DNA of 64,000 nucleotides from Dehalococcoidia bacterium (GCA_963664365.1 OY761144.1:2281596-2345595), one strand, 5' to 3'; numbered from the stretch's first letter, positions 34,147-43,694 are shown. Program-made: numbers and translations. The notes: generated by a model from the sequence alone, not told the origin.

Positions 34147-34175
34147 TTGACATTCGTTCTCACACCCTCTATACT
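34147..34175 (+). promoter_or_regulatory. Near-consensus promoter TTGACA-17-TATACT
   Basis: TTGACA at 34147-34152 and TATACT at 34170-34175, 36 nt upstream of ATG 34211. Confidence 0.5.
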
Positions 34176-34210
34176 ACGCACATTCGTACCACCAATCACT
34201 AAAAACTCCG

Positions 34211-35197
34211 ATGACTACCACAACACAACAGACAACAGACAACCCGGCCCTCGACCACGCCAACGCCATTCTCGAGGAGACCAACAACGCCCTCGAACTC
34301 ATCGAGATACTACATGGTATCGCCGAAGGCAGCGACCCGAGGGCCACCACCAACGACCGCATCGCGGCCGCCAATATCCTCAGCGACAGAGGTTTCGGCA
34401 AGTGCCCCAAGCAAGCGCCCGCCCCCAACCCGGACCCTACCCCCAAATCAGCGGAATCCCAAAATCACGGTTCAGACAACCCTTCGCGTTCTTTCGTGCC
34501 CTTAGTGGATAACGCCCCCGACACAACCGCCAACCCCAGGCCCGTAACCCAAATCAAAGACACCCTCGACCAGGCCCTCGGCCCGGCCCCAACTACCCAC
34601 TCACCACTAATAGCCAACAACTCACTACTAGAAACTATCCAACAGCACATCCTGACCATCACCAACAACGGACAGACCCTCCGAGCCACCCTGCTGGAAA
34701 TCGCCAGGACCGAAGACGACCCAAAGATCACCCCATACCACCGGCGCAGGGCCGCCGGACTCCTGCTCGACCGAGTCCTCGGCGCAAACCCAACGCTCAC
34801 CCGAAACGCACTGTGCCCCGACTGCCGACAAGGCTGGACATCCCACGCCTGCTCACCCGACCACCTTGAGCAAGCCCCCGACCAGCCCGAAGAAGACGAC
34901 TTCGACGAAGAACTCTGGGCAGGCATCATCGCCGAACTCAAGCAGAAAGAAGAAGACGGCATACTCCACCCGGACCCCAACGCTCCCAAGAAGCGATACC
35001 CGATCAGTATGCCCCCCAAAGGCTTCGACCCCGACCTTCTCGCCCAGGAAGCCGCCAGGTTCAGGGCCGAAAACGAACGCAGACTCCAACGACAGAAGAA
35101 CTGGCCCCAAATCGAAGAGCGCCGCCGACAAAAGCGCGCCGAGATGTACCCATCTCACTCAAACGACGACGAAGACGCCGAACCACCTGAACCATGA
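34211..35197 (+). CDS. Phage-like hypothetical protein with two terminase-small-subunit-like motifs
   Basis: 328 aa. NDRIAAANILSDRGFGK and HRRRAAGLLLDRVLG resemble the (R/K)xxAAxxLLDRGxGK motif of phage small terminases. Acidic/Pro-rich linkers and a basic coiled C-terminus. Confidence 0.45.
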   Translation: MTTTTQQTTDNPALDHANAILEETNNALELIEILHGIAEGSDPRATTNDRIAAANILSDRGFGKCPKQAPAPNPDPTPKSAESQNHGSDNPSRSFVPLVDNAPDTTANPRPVTQIKDTLDQALGPAPTTHSPLIANNSLLETIQQHILTITNNGQTLRATLLEIARTEDDPKITPYHRRRAAGLLLDRVLGANPTLTRNALCPDCRQGWTSHACSPDHLEQAPDQPEEDDFDEELWAGIIAELKQKEEDGILHPDPNAPKKRYPISMPPKGFDPDLLAQEAARFRAENERRLQRQKNWPQIEERRRQKRAEMYPSHSNDDEDAEPPEP

Positions 35198-35356
35198 CGA
35201 CCCTAACCGTTGACAAACTGCTATCTGAGATCATAGACGAGCTGAGCGCGATTCCGCGCGAACGGCGCGTGGTCGCCCTCCGCGCCGAACCCGTCGCATC
35301 CCTCTACGAACAAGGCAAAGTCCACCGCGTCGGCGACTTCGCCTACACCCAAAAAC
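35194..35356 (+). pseudogene. Remnant of a phage/GTA-type large terminase C-terminus
   Basis: MTTLTVDKLLSEIIDELSAIPRERRVVALRAEPVASLYEQGKVHRVGDF. RAEPVAxLYEQGxVHH is the conserved TerL C-terminal motif, and everything upstream of it is missing. The ORF then runs into livF antisense. Confidence 0.55.
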
Positions 35357-36073
35357 CTATGACCCCAAAAACACCTGCGCCAAAATGTCCGTCTCCCGAA
35401 CCGACTCAGGAGTGCCCTCGAACACCACGCTCCCCTTGTCCAAGACGTAGGCCCGATCCACGATGTTCAAGACGCCCTTGATGTTGTGCTCCACCACCAA
35501 GATAGTCGTCCTCAGCCTCTCGCTAATCTCAGACACCTTCTCGAAAACCTCCTTCACCACAATCGGGGCCAGCCCCAGCGTCGGCTCATCCAACAGAAGC
35601 ATCTCCGGCGATGCCATCAGGCCCCGCCCCAACGCCAACATCTGCTGCTGCCCTCCCGACATCTGGCTCGCCGGATCCCGCCGCTTCCCGTGCAGTACCG
35701 GAAACAACTCCATCACCGAATCCAGCCGCCGCTCCCTCTCCGCCCTGTCGTTCAGATACAGGCATCCCATCTCCAGGTTCTCTTGGATCGTGAGATGCGT
35801 AAACACTCGCCTGCCCTGCGGCACGAAGGCGAGACCCTCTTTCACTATCTCGTGCGTCGTCGCCGCCAGCAGCCCCTCGCGCCAATAGACCTCACCGCCG
35901 ACCACCGGCGCAAGCCCCATGATCGCCTTCAAGACAGTGGACTTCCCCGCGCCGTTCGGCCCCATCACCGCCACCACCTCGCCCTTCTCGACTCCGAGCG
36001 ACACCGCCTCCAGAGCGGACACCGCCCCGTACCGCACCGATATGTCTTTCAACTCCAAGAGCACAGTCCCCAC
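35357..36073 (-). CDS. livF: Branched-chain amino acid ABC transporter ATP-binding protein LivF
   Basis: 238 aa with GPNGAGKST, LSGGQQQMLALGR and LLLDEPTLGLAP. Confidence 0.92.
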   Translation of the reverse strand: MGTVLLELKDISVRYGAVSALEAVSLGVEKGEVVAVMGPNGAGKSTVLKAIMGLAPVVGGEVYWREGLLAATTHEIVKEGLAFVPQGRRVFTHLTIQENLEMGCLYLNDRAERERRLDSVMELFPVLHGKRRDPASQMSGGQQQMLALGRGLMASPEMLLLDEPTLGLAPIVVKEVFEKVSEISERLRTTILVVEHNIKGVLNIVDRAYVLDKGSVVFEGTPESVRETDILAQVFLGS

Positions 36074-36085
36074 CTCGCTCCTATG

Positions 36086-36844
36086 CTAGTTGCCCAAATA
36101 GGCGTCCTTCACGATCTCCCTCCCCAGCACCTCGTCCACCTCTCCCACCGCGAGGAGCGTGCCGCTGTCCAAAACGAAGAGATGGTCCGACAACTCCCGA
36201 ACGATGTCCATGTTGTGAGAGACGAACACGATCGTCCGGCCCCGCTCGCGCATCTCTTTCATTATGGACTTCACCCTCTCCAACATCTGCGGAAAGAGGC
36301 CGGCGAAAGGTTCGTCGAACAGGTAGATGCCCACGTCCAACGCCATCGCCCGCCCGATCTCAAGCAACTTCCGCTGACCGTAGGAGAGGTCCATCGCCAT
36401 CGAGTCCCGCTTCTCCCACATGCCCACGCCCCGCAAGATGCTCTCCGCCTTCTCCCTGTGATGGGGTTTCGTCCGTTCGAAGAGCGAACGAAACGGGCCG
36501 CGCTCCGTCAACACCACCATGATGTTGTCCCAAACGCTGATCTGCTCGAACAGCCGCACCTCCTGAAACGTCCGCGTGATGCCGTGATCGGGGTTCTCGT
36601 GAGCCTTCACCACGCGCAGGCCCGCGCCGTCCACGACCACCATTCCCTCATCCAAAGGCAAGATGCCGCTCAGCAGGTTCACCAGCGTCGACTTCCCCGA
36701 CCCGTTCGGCCCCACGATGCAGGTAATCCACTCCCGAAAGATCGACATCGAAAGCTGATCGACGGCTTTGACCGCCCCGAATCGCTTCGAGATCTCCTTC
36801 GTCTCGAGGACGAAGACTCGCGGATCCACCTGTGTCTCGCTCAC
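36086..36844 (-). CDS. livG: Branched-chain amino acid ABC transporter ATP-binding protein LivG
   Basis: GTG 36844 overlaps the livM stop (GTGA). Contains VSETQVDPRVFVLETKEISKRFG...GPNGSGKSTL...LSYGQRKLLEIGRA...YLFDEPFAGL. The longer ORF-track start lies inside livM. Confidence 0.9.
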   Translation of the reverse strand: MSETQVDPRVFVLETKEISKRFGAVKAVDQLSMSIFREWITCIVGPNGSGKSTLVNLLSGILPLDEGMVVVDGAGLRVVKAHENPDHGITRTFQEVRLFEQISVWDNIMVVLTERGPFRSLFERTKPHHREKAESILRGVGMWEKRDSMAMDLSYGQRKLLEIGRAMALDVGIYLFDEPFAGLFPQMLERVKSIMKEMRERGRTIVFVSHNMDIVRELSDHLFVLDSGTLLAVGEVDEVLGREIVKDAYLGN

Positions 36845-37896
36845 AGCCTGAACCTCCCGACCAAACCCTGCGGCCTGAACAGCATCAGAACGACCAGCAG
36901 CACTCCCAGAACGACCAGCCGCGCCTGCCCGACATACTCCGATGGTATGAACGGCAAGAACCGCATCCCCTCTTCCAGCAGAACGAAGGCCATCGCGCCA
37001 AGAAGCGACCCCCAGATAGTCGCCAGCCCGCCGAGTATCACTATGCACACCAGCAGCATAGACTCCAGCAGTATGAACGAGTTCGGGTCGATGAAGGTCG
37101 TCCAGCTTGCGAACAGCCCGCCCGCAAGCCCCGCCATCATCGCCGATACGGTCCACACCGCCAGCTTGAAGTGCGTAGCCTTGTATCCAAACACCTCAAT
37201 CGCCTGCTCATCCTCCCGAATGGCGGTCAACACCCGCCCGAACGACGAGGTCACTATGAACCAGCAGACCAAAACGACCAGCGCGAGGAGTACGAGTCCG
37301 AACATCAGGAACTCCAACTCGCCGCTGAGCCGCCAGCCGAAAATCTCGGGCCGCGCGACATCGTGGATGCCGAACGCGCCCCTCGTAAGGCCTCGCAAGC
37401 TCAAAAACGTGTTGAACGCGATGATGGCGAATCCGAACGAGACCAGGACGAAAATATCGTCTCTGAACCTGTTGAGAACCACTCCCACCACCAGGGCCAC
37501 CACGCCCGCCAGGATTGCGCTCACGGGCAGCGCCGCGAAGAACGGCCACCCGAAAGTCGGAATCTCCTCCGTCCGTAGCAGTTCATAGTTGGTGCTCGAC
37601 GTGAGAATCGCCATAGCATACGCCCCGATGCCGAAGAAGCCGACGTGTCCCACCGACAGCAGACCCGTGAAGCCGACGACCATGTTCAAGCTCACCGTCA
37701 AAATAGCCCAGATAGCGAATACAGTGCCCAGCGAGATCGCGAATCCGACGCCCTGCCACAGCATGAACCCGACCGCCCACGTAATGATCAGCAGATTCGC
37801 CCACAACTCCACGTTGCCTCTGCCGGATGCCAGAAGCTCTCCGGGATTGCGGACAAGCCTTGCCAGACCTCCAATTCGACTTGAGTTCATCGACAT
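36841..37896 (-). CDS. livM: Branched-chain amino acid ABC transporter permease LivM
   Basis: 351-aa polytopic protein with GLLSVGHVGFFGIGAYA, typical of LivM. Confidence 0.88.
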   Translation of the reverse strand: MSMNSSRIGGLARLVRNPGELLASGRGNVELWANLLIITWAVGFMLWQGVGFAISLGTVFAIWAILTVSLNMVVGFTGLLSVGHVGFFGIGAYAMAILTSSTNYELLRTEEIPTFGWPFFAALPVSAILAGVVALVVGVVLNRFRDDIFVLVSFGFAIIAFNTFLSLRGLTRGAFGIHDVARPEIFGWRLSGELEFLMFGLVLLALVVLVCWFIVTSSFGRVLTAIREDEQAIEVFGYKATHFKLAVWTVSAMMAGLAGGLFASWTTFIDPNSFILLESMLLVCIVILGGLATIWGSLLGAMAFVLLEEGMRFLPFIPSEYVGQARLVVLGVLLVVLMLFRPQGLVGRFRL

Positions 37897-37900
37897 AACG

Positions 37901-39289
37901 CTACTTCCTCGGCAGAAGGCCCTTGGGCCAGAACGACAGGAACAGGATCAGCACGAGGAACGATATAACGTCCTTCCACTCACCCGCCAGGTCCCAGATT
38001 CCGAACTGCTCGATCATCCCCAGCGCGAACCCTCCGACGATCGCGCCGTAGATGTTTCCAATGCCCCCGACTACGGACGCTATCCAGCCCTTCAGCAGAA
38101 GCAGCAGTCCCATCCTCGGCTGTATCGCCGTATCGTGGCCGCTCAACAGCCCGCCCATGGCCGCATACACCGCTCCAATGAAGAACACCGCCGCGATGAC
38201 GATGGTGGTATTTATCCCCACCACCTTGGACACCTCTTCGTCGTCTCCAATCGCGCGCACTGCCTTTCCGAACGAGGTCATCCTCAGCAGAACCAGCAGC
38301 GCCCCGAACCCAACCAGCGCAACCCCGATGGTGAAGACGTTGAACCCCTTGATGTTGCCGCCCCAGATCGTCCAGGGTTCGCTGCCGAAGGCGTCCGGAA
38401 GCGGACGCGGCGCACTCTCGAACACAATGACCGTGGCCGCCGTCATCGCCAGCAAGATTCCCAGCGAGGCCACCAGCATTATCAGCGGCGACCTTGCCCG
38501 CTCGCGCATATAGACGTACAGGCCGCGATAGAAAGCGAGACCGATGACTCCGGCCATCAGACACGACACCGCCCAGCTAAGGTACAGCTTGGAACCGGGC
38601 GCGCCCGCCACCAGGAGCGCGCAGTACGCGCCGAGCGCCACGCCCACAATCGCGCCAAGAACGAGGAACGGAGCCGGGCCGACATTCGGGAACACGCCCT
38701 GGCCGCCGCGGTACACCGCCCACATCACCGCCGCCGCGACCACGACTCCCACCGCCGGACTGAGCATCACGTTGATCTCACTCGGGTATGTCAAGACCAG
38801 TCCGACATACGCCCCGACTCCCGCCGCCAGCAGCCCGCCTATCACAAGCGCAGCCCTCGGATTCATTCGGGCGCTCAGCCGTCTGAAAAAGCTCACGTGG
38901 AGCGCCCACGCCACCACTCCGGCTGTAACCACCGCGAAGAGGATGTTGACATACGGGTTGTTCACCTCGTACAGCCCGCCCAGCGCTTCCTGGGATCTCA
39001 GGTAGAAGACGCCATACGCGCCCAGCGCCGCCGCCGCGCCGTAGTAAAGATCGAAGAACCAGACGGTGCTGTAAACGAGCGTGAAGCCCATCGCCAGCAG
39101 CGCGTACACCGCTCCGACGGACAGCCCGTTGAAGGCGAATTGCACGGCCTGGCTAGGCGATTCGGCAATCTTCCAGCAGATATAGGCCGCGACTGCCGCC
39201 GTCAGTACGACCGCCAATACCTTGTCCGGGCGGTCACGGTATGCAAGCAAACGTGTCACCGGAGAAAGCCCCAACGTTTCAAGCGTCAT
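37901..39289 (-). CDS. livH: Branched-chain amino acid ABC transporter permease LivH (extended form)
   Basis: 462 aa with FNGLSVGAVYALLAMGFTLVY, a LivH N-terminal motif. Longer than typical LivH; start not verified. Confidence 0.85.
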   Translation of the reverse strand: MTLETLGLSPVTRLLAYRDRPDKVLAVVLTAAVAAYICWKIAESPSQAVQFAFNGLSVGAVYALLAMGFTLVYSTVWFFDLYYGAAAALGAYGVFYLRSQEALGGLYEVNNPYVNILFAVVTAGVVAWALHVSFFRRLSARMNPRAALVIGGLLAAGVGAYVGLVLTYPSEINVMLSPAVGVVVAAAVMWAVYRGGQGVFPNVGPAPFLVLGAIVGVALGAYCALLVAGAPGSKLYLSWAVSCLMAGVIGLAFYRGLYVYMRERARSPLIMLVASLGILLAMTAATVIVFESAPRPLPDAFGSEPWTIWGGNIKGFNVFTIGVALVGFGALLVLLRMTSFGKAVRAIGDDEEVSKVVGINTTIVIAAVFFIGAVYAAMGGLLSGHDTAIQPRMGLLLLLKGWIASVVGGIGNIYGAIVGGFALGMIEQFGIWDLAGEWKDVISFLVLILFLSFWPKGLLPRK

Positions 39290-39352
39290 CGACGATTGGG
39301 GACGCCCGAACCGCCTATCGAGGCAGACGCCGGGCGTCCCATAAGACCGAGG

Positions 39353-40558
39353 CTACTCGCTCGGAGCCGCGCCCAAGTACTTGAAACCCTGGTTCTCTTC
39401 CGTCCTCTGCGCGGTCGGCAGAACCTCGACCACCTCATTGGAAAGACCCACGACCTCGCCCTTGTCGTCGAAGCTGTAGTCATCTCCGATTGCGCCGCTC
39501 CAGGTTATGTCGTAGAGGCAGTCCCTGAACCCGTTGGCGTCCTGATCGTCCCCGGTCTTTTCGAGGCACTCAGCCGCGATGTAAACGTCGTCGTAGGCCG
39601 ACCCCAGGAACCAGGCCAACGTGACGTAACCGTAGCGGGACCTGAAGTTGTTGAGGAACTCCTTGCCCTTGTCCGTGGTCAGGTCGGGGCTGGGGATGAT
39701 GCCCTTTATGCCGTTTGCGGCGTCGCCCGCTATCTCAAGGGCGGTCGTCCCGGTGGTCACGGACTCCCCGTAGATCGGGCCGGTGAAGTCGAGTTCCCGC
39801 GCCTGCTTGACGATGGTGCCGCCGGTGAACTCCGACTGAGCCGCGACGTGCAGCGCGTCCGGGTTCCCGCCCAGCAGTTTCGTAAGCTGGCTTCTGAAGT
39901 CGGTGGCGTCGGAGGCGTAACGCTCGGCGCCGACCACCTGACCGCCGCGCTTCTCGAACTGCGCGACCGTAGTCCGACGCACGCCCTCGGCATAGTCTGT
40001 CTGCTCGGTAATCGTGGCCAGCTTGCGAATTCCGTCCGCCCACAACACGTTGCCCGTATCCACGCCAAGCTGATTGTCGTTTATCGCCGTGCGGAAGATA
40101 TAGTCGCCCGCCTCGGCGATGTCGGGATTCGTCGCCGACGCCGAGAACAGGACGACTCCCTCCGCCTCAGCCAACGGAGCCGCTCCAAGCATCGCGCCGC
40201 TGCACGAAGTGCCGAGGATGATCTTCACCCCCTCCACGTCCGTCAGCTTGTTGTAGGCTGTGATCGCGTCCTGCGCGCCGCACTTCGAGTCCTCGACGAT
40301 GAGCTCCAGCTTGCGGCCATCGATCCCGCCCGCCTCGTTGATCTCGTCCGCGGCCATCTGCTTCGCCTGGACCATCACCGTGCCATAGGTCTCGCCCGGC
40401 CCGGTGACAGATTCCATCACCCCTATCTTGAAGGGTTCCTGTTCACCCTCTTCTTCGACTTCACAAGCCAGGGCAGCGGCTACCAGCGCCGCCAGCGCTC
40501 CCAGCAAGACGATTACTTTCCAAGACCAAAAACGCATTGCACGCCTCCTGTTCATCAC
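39353..40558 (-). CDS. Branched-chain amino acid ABC transporter substrate-binding lipoprotein (LivJ/K family)
   Basis: Signal/lipobox ...AAALACE, FKIGVMESVTGPGETYG, ELIVEDSKCGAQDAITAYNKL, ILGTSCSGA. Confidence 0.88.
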   Translation of the reverse strand: MMNRRRAMRFWSWKVIVLLGALAALVAAALACEVEEEGEQEPFKIGVMESVTGPGETYGTVMVQAKQMAADEINEAGGIDGRKLELIVEDSKCGAQDAITAYNKLTDVEGVKIILGTSCSGAMLGAAPLAEAEGVVLFSASATNPDIAEAGDYIFRTAINDNQLGVDTGNVLWADGIRKLATITEQTDYAEGVRRTTVAQFEKRGGQVVGAERYASDATDFRSQLTKLLGGNPDALHVAAQSEFTGGTIVKQARELDFTGPIYGESVTTGTTALEIAGDAANGIKGIIPSPDLTTDKGKEFLNNFRSRYGYVTLAWFLGSAYDDVYIAAECLEKTGDDQDANGFRDCLYDITWSGAIGDDYSFDDKGEVVGLSNEVVEVLPTAQRTEENQGFKYLGAAPSE

Positions 40559-40645
40559 GGATCGATTAACTCTTTGTATTATCCCATCATATTCATGTTA
40601 TCATACTTCCACCGACTCCGCCGCCCGGACTACAAGAGGCATCCT

Positions 40646-41401
40646 ATGGCAACCCAACCCGCATCCAAACACCGCACGGGCCGCAGGCTCACCCCTTACG
40701 ACGAGTTCGCTCACCTCGTTCCCCTGCCCGACCCGCCGCAGAGGACAGACATGGAGCAGCACGAACATATCACACGGTATGACCAGACCCTTCGACCGCA
40801 CTACCGCCACCGCTCCGACGTCCTCATCTCCGGCGACGGATTCCTATGTTACGACAGGCAGACCCCACGCACACGCTGGCTCGTCCCCGACCTCGTCGTC
40901 GCATTCGGTGTAACCCCGGAACCCATCGTCCACACCAACGGCTACGTCATCAGCGAGGTCGGCAAGCCCCCCGACTTCGTCCTCGAAGTCGCATCCCGCA
41001 CCACCGGACGCCGCGACTACACCGCCAAGCCGGACATCTACGCCGCCTACGAGGTCGGCGAGTACTGGCGCGCCGACCCCAGCGGCGGAAAGTATCACGA
41101 CGCGCCGATGGCCGGCGACCGACTCGTGAACGGAGCCTACGAACCGATACCCCTTGTCACCGAGGCCAACGGCCTCATTCGCGGATACAGCCCGGTCCTC
41201 GACCTCGAACTGCACTGGCGGGACGGCTGGCTGCGCTTCTGGGACCCCGCGACCCAACAGTACCTGCTCGAACCCAACCAGTCCCACGACGCCCTCGCTT
41301 CCACCGAGGCCGCTCTGCGACACGAGACGGCCGCCCGACAACAAGCCGAAGCCCGCCTCCGACAACTCCAAGACCAAATCCGACGCCAATCCGAACAGTA
41401 G
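40646..41401 (+). CDS. Uma2 family (DUF820) PD-(D/E)XK endonuclease
   Basis: LVPDLVVAFG...PPDFVLEVASRTT...DYTAKPDIYAAYEVGEYW. This is the real part of the spurious 1270-aa ORF; ATG 40646. Confidence 0.85.
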   Translation: MATQPASKHRTGRRLTPYDEFAHLVPLPDPPQRTDMEQHEHITRYDQTLRPHYRHRSDVLISGDGFLCYDRQTPRTRWLVPDLVVAFGVTPEPIVHTNGYVISEVGKPPDFVLEVASRTTGRRDYTAKPDIYAAYEVGEYWRADPSGGKYHDAPMAGDRLVNGAYEPIPLVTEANGLIRGYSPVLDLELHWRDGWLRFWDPATQQYLLEPNQSHDALASTEAALRHETAARQQAEARLRQLQDQIRRQSEQ

Positions 41402-41470
41402 CCGCCAAGTGTACAGTGCCCCGTCCGCTTTGATATTATTAGCCCATTACTTCTAATAGGAGCGTAACCC

Positions 41471-41689
41471 ATGAGCACACTCGAAAGCCTAGATACCAGA
41501 GCGACAGTCTTGGAGACCGAGTTTCGGACTGAGTTGCGACACCTTGCCACCAAAGCCGACCTTGCGAACCTGCGCGCCGAGTTCATGGGCGAACTCAAGG
41601 CTATCGAGAATCGGCTCATGCTCAGGCTCGGCGGACTCTTCATCGCGGGGATTGGCGTGGCCGTCGCGATTTTGAAACTGTGGCAGTAA
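41471..41689 (+). CDS. Small coiled-coil protein with C-terminal TM anchor (DUF1640-like)
   Basis: 72 aa, LETEFRTELRHLATKADLANLRAEFMGELKAIENRL, then LGGLFIAGIGVAVAILKLW. Confidence 0.55.
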   Translation: MSTLESLDTRATVLETEFRTELRHLATKADLANLRAEFMGELKAIENRLMLRLGGLFIAGIGVAVAILKLWQ

Positions 41690-41716
41690 TTCGGTTCGGC
41701 AGCGCCCGATGCCCGT

Positions 41717-41738
41717 AGGGGCGATTCGCGAATCGCCC
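41717..41738. repeat. Perfect 22-nt palindrome GGGGCGATTCGCGAATCGCCCC (REP-like or terminator hairpin)
   Basis: An 11-bp self-complementary arm pair, 28 nt after the 41689 stop. No T-run follows. Confidence 0.5.
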
Positions 41739-41766
41739 CCGTCCGCCAAAACCCTCCCGCCCTGCC

Positions 41767-43170
41767 ATGAGACCCCTGACCGACAAACTCCTCTCCTCCT
41801 CTGACCGCCGCGTTGCCCGACAGACCTTCTGGCTCGGAGCGTCATCCGGCGTCATCCTCATCGGCGGAATCGTGCAAGTCGCCATCACAGCGCGGATGCT
41901 CGGAGTCCAGGGATACGGCGCGCTCGCCGCCGTCATCGCCTTCTGCGCCCTCATACACGGACTCATGGCCATCCCCGGCGGCGACATGGTTACAACCTTC
42001 GTCACCCGCGCCGTCACCGAGGGACGCAAGCAAGAAGCCGCCCGCATCGTCCGTTTCGGACTCGCCCTCTCCCTCGCCATGTCCCTAATCGGATACGCCG
42101 CCATAGTCGCGCTTACATTCGCCGCCGTCGAACTTCTCGGAATATCCGACAACGACACCTACAAGAACGCCGCCCTGCTCTACGGAATCATGGGAATACT
42201 CGCCGCGCCCGCCACCGACTGCCAGGCCATTCTGAGGCTCGCCGACCGCGTATCCCTCGCTTCCCTAGTGACCCTCGTCTCCACCATCGCCCGCGTCGCG
42301 CTCATCGCCGCCGCCTGGTACGCCGACGCCGGACTCATCGGCGTCATTCTCGCCCACGTCGTCGCGACCGCTCTCAGCTCAGCCGGCATGTTCCTAGCCG
42401 CCGCCCTGTCCGCCAAGCGCGCCGGCATAGACCGCCTTCTCCGCTCCGCATCCGTCCACGTTCCGCCCGATGTTCTCAGATTCCAGTTCGGCTCATTCGG
42501 GACCTCCGCCCTCGGAACCGCCAGTACCAACCTCGACACCATCCTCGTCGCGCAACTCGCCAGCGCAGCCGACGCCGGAATCTACCGCGCCGCCCGACAG
42601 ATCGTCGATTACGCTAAGACCCCCTTCAAGCAGCTATCCATCGCCACCAGGGCCGAGTTCAGCAGGCTATGGTACACCAACGACATAGCCGGACTCCGCG
42701 CCATGGCCCTCAAATTCGCCCTGCTCGCCGCGGCCCTTGCGATTGCCGGCTTCGGCCTGCTCGCCTACTTCCGAGAATACATAATCTCCCTGGCGCTCGG
42801 AGACGACTTCGCCGCCGTCGCCGCTCCCCTGCTCATCATGATCGTCGGAGCGACCCTAGCAGCGACCACATCCTCGTTGGCAGCCCTTCCGAGAGCCGCC
42901 GGAAGAGTTCATCCTACGCTGGTATCCCTAGGATGTAGCCTGGCAACCTCCGTAGCAGTCATCATCCTGCTGGTCCCGACCAGAGGCGCCGACGGCGCGG
43001 CCTGGGCGAATACGATTGGCGCTATCGCAGCCGTAGCCGCCCTGACCCCGTTCGTCATCTCGATCCTTCGCCGAGGACGACAGACGCCAATCGATTCATC
43101 GGACACAGACGAGGACATCGCCGAAAGAACCCCCGCCCAAGCCGGCCCGCGCGAACTCATATCATCATGA
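41767..43170 (+). CDS. Polysaccharide flippase, Wzx/MOP superfamily
   Basis: 467-aa protein with about 12-14 predicted TM segments. The N-terminal WLGASSGVILIGGIVQVAITARMLGVQGYG pattern is typical of Wzx-like exporters. Confidence 0.75.
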   Translation: MRPLTDKLLSSSDRRVARQTFWLGASSGVILIGGIVQVAITARMLGVQGYGALAAVIAFCALIHGLMAIPGGDMVTTFVTRAVTEGRKQEAARIVRFGLALSLAMSLIGYAAIVALTFAAVELLGISDNDTYKNAALLYGIMGILAAPATDCQAILRLADRVSLASLVTLVSTIARVALIAAAWYADAGLIGVILAHVVATALSSAGMFLAAALSAKRAGIDRLLRSASVHVPPDVLRFQFGSFGTSALGTASTNLDTILVAQLASAADAGIYRAARQIVDYAKTPFKQLSIATRAEFSRLWYTNDIAGLRAMALKFALLAAALAIAGFGLLAYFREYIISLALGDDFAAVAAPLLIMIVGATLAATTSSLAALPRAAGRVHPTLVSLGCSLATSVAVIILLVPTRGADGAAWANTIGAIAAVAALTPFVISILRRGRQTPIDSSDTDEDIAERTPAQAGPRELISS

Positions 43171-43694
43171 ACCAAGAAGGCCGCAAAATCCTCATAATCG
43201 CCGGCCCCAACGGCGCGGGCAAGACCACATTCGCCTACGACTTCCTGATGAACGAGGCGGACTGCCCAACGCTGGTAAACGCCGACCTCATAGCGCATGG
43301 ACTCAGTCCTCTCCAACCGCAGCGCGAGGAACTCCAAGCAGGCCGGCTCATGCTCAGCCTAATCGAAAAGCGCGTCCAATCCCGCGAGAACTTCGCGGTC
43401 GAGACGACCCTAAGCGGTCGAGGTTACGCCCGCCGGATTCCCCGCTGGCAACAAATGGGCTACCAAGTTGTGCTATACTACCTGATGTTGCCTTCGCCCG
43501 AATACGCCATAGAACGGGTGGCGGAGCGAGTGAGGAGTGGAGGACATGACGTCCCCGCCGACACCGTCCGGCGGCGATTCCATGCGGGGCGGCGCAACTT
43601 CGACCAAATCTATCGAGACATCGTCGATGAATGGTTGCTGTTCGACAATCGGGGCGATACTCCCATACTCTTGGCCAGGAGGCGCAACACATGA
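43167..43694 (+). CDS. Zeta-toxin-like P-loop kinase (COG4185-type)
   Basis: KILIIAGPNGAGKTTFAYDFL...VNADLIA...FAVETTLSGRGY. ATGA overlap with the wzx stop. Confidence 0.7.
   Translation: MNQEGRKILIIAGPNGAGKTTFAYDFLMNEADCPTLVNADLIAHGLSPLQPQREELQAGRLMLSLIEKRVQSRENFAVETTLSGRGYARRIPRWQQMGYQVVLYYLMLPSPEYAIERVAERVRSGGHDVPADTVRRRFHAGRRNFDQIYRDIVDEWLLFDNRGDTPILLARRRNT

Noticed and set aside
35486-37588. 700-aa ORF antisense to livF/livG/livM
   Set aside because: The opposite strand carries unmistakable ABC ATPase and permease motifs. This frame is an R/P/H/Q-rich shadow ORF.
37589-41401. 1270-aa ORF, the largest in the window
   Set aside because: It runs antisense through livH and the SBP gene and has low-complexity R/P/H-rich content. 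Only its last 251 codons (Uma2 endonuclease, ATG 40646) have a recognisable fold signature and lie in otherwise non-coding DNA.
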